From Candidatus Iainarchaeum sp. (GTDB lineage Archaea > Iainarchaeota > Iainarchaeia > Iainarchaeales > JAGVWC01): 64,000 nucleotides of DNA. The DNA lies in the NCBI GenBank assembly GCA_018304465.1, contig JAGVWC010000008.1:32001-96000 (forward strand). Reading direction: 5' to 3'. Positions 59,952 through 64,000 of this stretch are shown piece by piece (positions within the stretch are counted from its first letter, which is position 1; the number at the start of each line of letters is the position of its first letter). A program made the translations under genes and the position numbers. Under the pieces are notes generated by a model. That model saw only the letters and a program-made list of their open reading frames with translations. It had not been told where the DNA came from and did no database searches.

Positions 59952-61049
59952 CTAAAACGGCCTTGAATTTCGTCTTAATTGCAAGGCGACGTTTCGGCTT
60001 AATTTGTCGCGAATCTTGTTGAACACCAAATCGATTTCTTCCGGAGTCAATTTGGCGCGCATATCCGCTTCGATCAACACGCTCGGATACGCGTACTCGC
60101 GGTGCAGACTCGACAATCCTGCAACCGTGCACGCAACGCGGTCCGCTTGCTCGGAAAGCGACCGTTTTTTCGAGGATAAAAATTCCACGCGAAGCGGGCG
60201 ATCCAAAGCGCTTGGTTTCAGATAACACGCAAAAATGCGTTCGCCCCACGGCGCCAAATCGTTTAAAATCGGGTGCTCGGCCACCTTTTTGGTGTACGAA
60301 AACGCGAAGCTTCGCTCGAAACGATTCAACAAATAATTCAACAACACCGAATCCGAAACCGCTTCCAATTCGTTTAATTCCCGCGAAAACGCCGGCAGCA
60401 ACGACTGTGACAAAATACTTCGAAACCGGTTTCCGCGCGAGTCCTCGACGCACCCCACAAGTTCGCAATCGAATTTTTCGGCGGTTTCATACAACGATCG
60501 AAACGCGTCCAGCAAGCGATGGTATTCGCTGGTAAGACCCGAATCTTTCGGCGGTTTGTCGGCATACTGCGGAATCAAAGAACCGTCCAGCAGGCAAAAA
60601 TCCGGTTTTTTCTTTTCGATCATTTCCCGCGCCATGGAAATTTCTTCGCGCAAACGAATCAAAGACTTGGATTGCTCCAATTCATGCAAATCCAGAATCG
60701 ACGCTCCGAACAAAAACGGTTTTGGAAACTGAAAAAAACTCGGTTCATACTCGGCCGAAACCAACGAACCGTTTTCAAACGAAAAACACACGCCGACGCA
60801 TCGAACCAGCACCACGTCCACCGAATGCAGCGACTTGACGCAAAAACCCGAATCCACTCCAACGACTTTCACATCGCCGACCAACGCGGGACACGGCCGA
60901 ATAAACTGGGATTCGCGCACTTCCGGCAAATTTTTCTTGGACAAATCTTCTTCGCGCAAAAACGCCAACCCTTTGGCCAAAATCACGCGTTTTCGCTCGT
61001 TGGAATGAATCGTTTCGACGGCTTCGTTAATGAGATCGTTGAACTGCAT
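59952..61049 (-). CDS. nurA: NurA nuclease
   Basis: VGVDSG, LLDGSL, LRVEF, YAYPSVLIEADMRA; upstream of herA. Confidence 0.9.
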   Translation of the reverse strand: MQFNDLINEAVETIHSNERKRVILAKGLAFLREEDLSKKNLPEVRESQFIRPCPALVGDVKVVGVDSGFCVKSLHSVDVVLVRCVGVCFSFENGSLVSAEYEPSFFQFPKPFLFGASILDLHELEQSKSLIRLREEISMAREMIEKKKPDFCLLDGSLIPQYADKPPKDSGLTSEYHRLLDAFRSLYETAEKFDCELVGCVEDSRGNRFRSILSQSLLPAFSRELNELEAVSDSVLLNYLLNRFERSFAFSYTKKVAEHPILNDLAPWGERIFACYLKPSALDRPLRVEFLSSKKRSLSEQADRVACTVAGLSSLHREYAYPSVLIEADMRAKLTPEEIDLVFNKIRDKLSRNVALQLRRNSRPF

Positions 61050-61241
61050 CCAGCAAAGAAAAAACAAAAAACTGTTTAAAAAAGGCAATTGGGCAGGATT
61101 GCCGCTGACCCGGTTGTTTCCGTCGCAAAAAACCCCGAATAACCGGTTTTAAAAAGACCGGGCAAGGGTTTAAATAAATTGAGGGCGTTTGTATTTCAGA
61201 CAAAAAAATAGCGATCTTTAACGCTTACAAAGGTGTTTTTT

Positions 61242-61670
61242 ATGAAAGCAAAATTCGAAGTAACCCAAACCATCCAACCCTGGGGCCCCCCGTTCGATAA
61301 AAAAGTCGAAACCAAGAACTACGCGGTCACAGAAAACGAAAAATTTGATGCCATGCCCAAAACCAATTCCCCCGTATTCACCTTGCTTCGCATCGGCACG
61401 GATAAAGCATTGATCAAGTACCACTTGGAATTCACGCTTAAAGGATACGTTCAACCCCAAAACAAGGAAATCTGGATCGAAAAAGACGAAAGCAAAGAAC
61501 TCTCATTTTTATGGGGTGACGATGGCCTCACCAAAAAAATCACGTACATCGGAGTCGAAGCAGGCACCGGAGAACCGTCCATCGAATCAAAACCCAGCCG
61601 AAGCAACGAAGACCGACGCCTAACGGAACACACCGAAATCATTCCCGCCCAAAAACGACCCGTATTCTAA
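61242..61670 (+). CDS. hypothetical protein
   Basis: AGGTG RBS, TTTAAATA upstream. Confidence 0.6.
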   Translation: MKAKFEVTQTIQPWGPPFDKKVETKNYAVTENEKFDAMPKTNSPVFTLLRIGTDKALIKYHLEFTLKGYVQPQNKEIWIEKDESKELSFLWGDDGLTKKITYIGVEAGTGEPSIESKPSRSNEDRRLTEHTEIIPAQKRPVF

Positions 61671-61754
61671 TTCTTTTTTCCCATTTTTTCCGTTTTTGGC
61701 ATCCTACAAAAATAAATAGTCCAAACAGCGTACATTACTCGGAGGAATCAGAAT

Positions 61755-61886
61755 ATGGCAAAACCACGCGGACCAAAACCAAAAAATTTCAAACCCGGAT
61801 CGCCAAAAGGCGGGCAAGTCATGACCAAAAACGGCTGGGTCATCGATAAACAAACCGGACAAAGAGTATTCAGAAAAAGAAAATGA
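61755..61886 (+). CDS. 43-aa basic microprotein, absent from ORF track
   Basis: ATAAATA box and GGAGGA RBS; MAKPRGPKPKNFKP...RVFRKRK. Confidence 0.55.
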   Translation: MAKPRGPKPKNFKPGSPKGGQVMTKNGWVIDKQTGQRVFRKRK

Positions 61887-61911
61887 TCTTTCCAACGGAG
61901 TGACAAACCAC

Positions 61912-62271
61912 ATGGGTTCATTCGAATACAAGCAAGCCATCATCGTACGAAACGACCTGAAAATGGGAAAAGGAAAAATCGCCGCGCAAAGCGCCCACGC
62001 AGCGCTTGAAGCCGTCGAAAAAGCCCGCGCCAAATATCCCGAATGGCTCGCCGCCTGGAAAACCCAAGGCCAAGCCAAAATCGTTCTCAAAGTCGATTCC
62101 GAAACCGAAATCGTCGAACTATTCGAAAACGCAAAACGCGAACTCCCCTCCGCACTGATTCACGACGCGGGCCACACGCAAGTAACCCCCGGTTCGATTA
62201 CCGCCATCGCGATCGGACCCGGACCCAGCGACAAAATCGACCGGTACACGAAAAAACTCAAACTGTTGTAA
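61912..62271 (+). CDS. pth2: peptidyl-tRNA hydrolase Pth2
   Basis: DLKMGKGKIAAQSAHA, GQAKIVLK, DAGHTQ, IGPGP. Confidence 0.95.
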   Translation: MGSFEYKQAIIVRNDLKMGKGKIAAQSAHAALEAVEKARAKYPEWLAAWKTQGQAKIVLKVDSETEIVELFENAKRELPSALIHDAGHTQVTPGSITAIAIGPGPSDKIDRYTKKLKLL

Positions 62272-62321
62272 TCGGATGGTTGCACCAAAAACCCCATATA
62301 AATCAAAACCCAGTATCGTTC

Positions 62322-62807
62322 ATGCCATTCACACCGTTTCATTTGGGCCCCGGATTATTCTTCGGAACCGTATTATTCGGATTACTGCATTTTCCAGCGT
62401 TTTTGGCGGCAAACCTGCTGCCTGACATCGAACCATTATTGATCATTCTCACCAACACACCCCAACCGCTCCACGGTTTTTTTCACACCTTCCTCGGGGC
62501 CACGTTGCTTGGAATCGGTTTCGGATTACTCATGGTGCGATTGGATCCGTGGATTCAAAAAATTCTACAACCGATTTCCTTGAACCAATCGTTTCCCCGA
62601 TTTCAAATCATCGCAAGCGCGGTGATCGGAACCAACCTGCATGTCTTGTTCGACGCGCCGTTATATTCCGACATTACGCCTTTTTTCCCCCTCGTTGAAA
62701 ATTTCCTGTTTGAAACGGTTTCTTCATCGAACGCCTACACGCTATGCGTGGTCCTGGGACTCATCGGAATCGTTTTGGGAACCAACCGCCTTCTAAAAAC
62801 CCATTGA
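62322..62807 (+). CDS. membrane-bound metal-dependent hydrolase-like protein
   Basis: MPFTPFH, LPDIEP, LHGFFHT, HVLFDA. Confidence 0.8.
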   Translation: MPFTPFHLGPGLFFGTVLFGLLHFPAFLAANLLPDIEPLLIILTNTPQPLHGFFHTFLGATLLGIGFGLLMVRLDPWIQKILQPISLNQSFPRFQIIASAVIGTNLHVLFDAPLYSDITPFFPLVENFLFETVSSSNAYTLCVVLGLIGIVLGTNRLLKTH

Positions 62808-62842
62808 AACCGTTAAAAACCACTTGCCAACACAAGGTTACC

Positions 62843-63619
62843 ATGGGATTGTTTTATCACGCCAAAAAAGCGGTGGACGAAGCCGACGTCGTCATAGAAA
62901 TTCTGGACGCGCGTTTTCCGGACTTGACGCGAAACACCGAAATGGAAGAACACATCCAGCGAAAACGAAAACAACTCGTGTTCGTGTTAAACAAAAGCGA
63001 CTTGACCACCAAAGAAACCGCGGAAAAAAACAAAAAAGAATTATCCAAAATCGCTCCCACGGTATTCGTATCCGTCAAACAAAAACAAGGAACCGCGATT
63101 TTGCGCAACGAACTCAAACGCGTGGTTCACAGCAAATTCGGAAAAAAAAACAGCCGTCACCGAAAAGTACTGGTCGCAATCATCGGATACCCGAACACAG
63201 GAAAATCAAGCATCTTAAACGCGCTCACGGGCCGACGCAGCGCGAAAACATCCGCGCAAGCCGGTTACACGCGCGGACGCCAATTCATCAAACTCGAAGA
63301 CGATCTTTTTCTCGTTGATTCGCCCGGCGTCATTCCGTTTCTCAAACGTGACGACATCGAACTCGCATTGGTCGGCGCCAAAAGTCCGAACCAATTGCCC
63401 GACGTCGAAGGCGCGGCACTTGGAATCCTCGATTACATGAAAAAAGAAAACCCAAACAGCTGGACGGAAAACTTCGGATTCGACGCGACCGACAGCCAAG
63501 AAATGCTCGACCGCATCGCCAAAGCAAAAAAAAGGCTGCTTAAAGGCGGCGGAGCGGACACCGAAAACACGTCGAAAATCGTGGTGCAAGACTGGCAAAA
63601 CGGAAAAATCAGAGTATAG
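62843..63619 (+). CDS. circularly permuted ribosome biogenesis GTPase (YlqF/RbgA family)
   Basis: ILDARFP, NKSD, GYPNTGKS, GYTRG, DSPG in G4-G1-G3 order. Confidence 0.93.
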   Translation: MGLFYHAKKAVDEADVVIEILDARFPDLTRNTEMEEHIQRKRKQLVFVLNKSDLTTKETAEKNKKELSKIAPTVFVSVKQKQGTAILRNELKRVVHSKFGKKNSRHRKVLVAIIGYPNTGKSSILNALTGRRSAKTSAQAGYTRGRQFIKLEDDLFLVDSPGVIPFLKRDDIELALVGAKSPNQLPDVEGAALGILDYMKKENPNSWTENFGFDATDSQEMLDRIAKAKKRLLKGGGADTENTSKIVVQDWQNGKIRV

Positions 63620-63666
63620 GTTCTAAAGAGAAAAAGGTTAAAAAGAACGAAAACCAACAACAATAC

Positions 63667-64000
63667 ATGACGACTTGGAAAACGATTTCGCTTTTTTTTC
63701 TTCTGTTGCTCGGCCTTGTTCACGGACAATCCAGCCCCAATATTTACATTGATCGCGTTGAATTTCCCGCGCAATTCGACGTGCTACGCAACAACGATTT
63801 CAATGTTTTTGTCGGAAACAACGAAACCACTTCGAAAGCGTTCAAGATCGACGTTTATTGCTTTGACAGCGCCGGCACCGAAGTAGAACACGTCGGCGCG
63901 CCAAACACCAATGTCGCCGCTCAAACCACCGCTAAAATCCAAGTGATTTTTCCACTCACCCCACCGTCCCCGTTTTCTCCCGAAACCACGTATCCCTGCC
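63667..64000 (+). CDS. secreted protein, partial (runs off window)
   Basis: signal peptide MTTWKTISLFFLLLLGLVHG; open to end of window. Confidence 0.6.
   Translation, partial: MTTWKTISLFFLLLLGLVHGQSSPNIYIDRVEFPAQFDVLRNNDFNVFVGNNETTSKAFKIDVYCFDSAGTEVEHVGAPNTNVAAQTTAKIQVIFPLTPPSPFSPETTYPC

Noticed and set aside
1-64000. CRISPR array, rRNA, transposase, integrase or prophage
   Set aside because: No regularly spaced repeats or diagnostic motifs seen by eye

Overview
Gene-dense archaeal chromosomal window, most consistent with a DPANN lineage (probably Iainarchaeota/Diapherotrites; inferred from gene content, not phylogeny). Archaeal hallmarks: Cdc48, RFC small subunit, Rad50/HerA/NurA, ABCE1, Pelota, EF-1beta, Rpo6, eS17, class I CCA-adding enzyme, Taw3, Elp3 and a tRNA-Arg(TCG) with a BHB intron. 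There is a large type IV/Tad pilus inventory (about 15 class III signal-peptide proteins, two CpaF/VirB11 ATPases, two TadB/C proteins, a prepilin peptidase), three inteins (RFC, Rad50, HerA), an apparently inactivated family B polymerase, and a LAGLIDADG remnant overlapping the tRNA. The most unusual signal is two bacterial-type sigma-70-like genes between archaeal housekeeping genes. They belong to a set of about eight singleton orphans with Arg/Lys/Pro-rich termini and mostly effector-like folds (sigma factor, tyrosine phosphatase, EreA/ChaN/TIKI, cysteine hydrolase). My hypothesis is that these form a tagged, exported effector repertoire. All calls come from reading motifs by eye; no searches were run.
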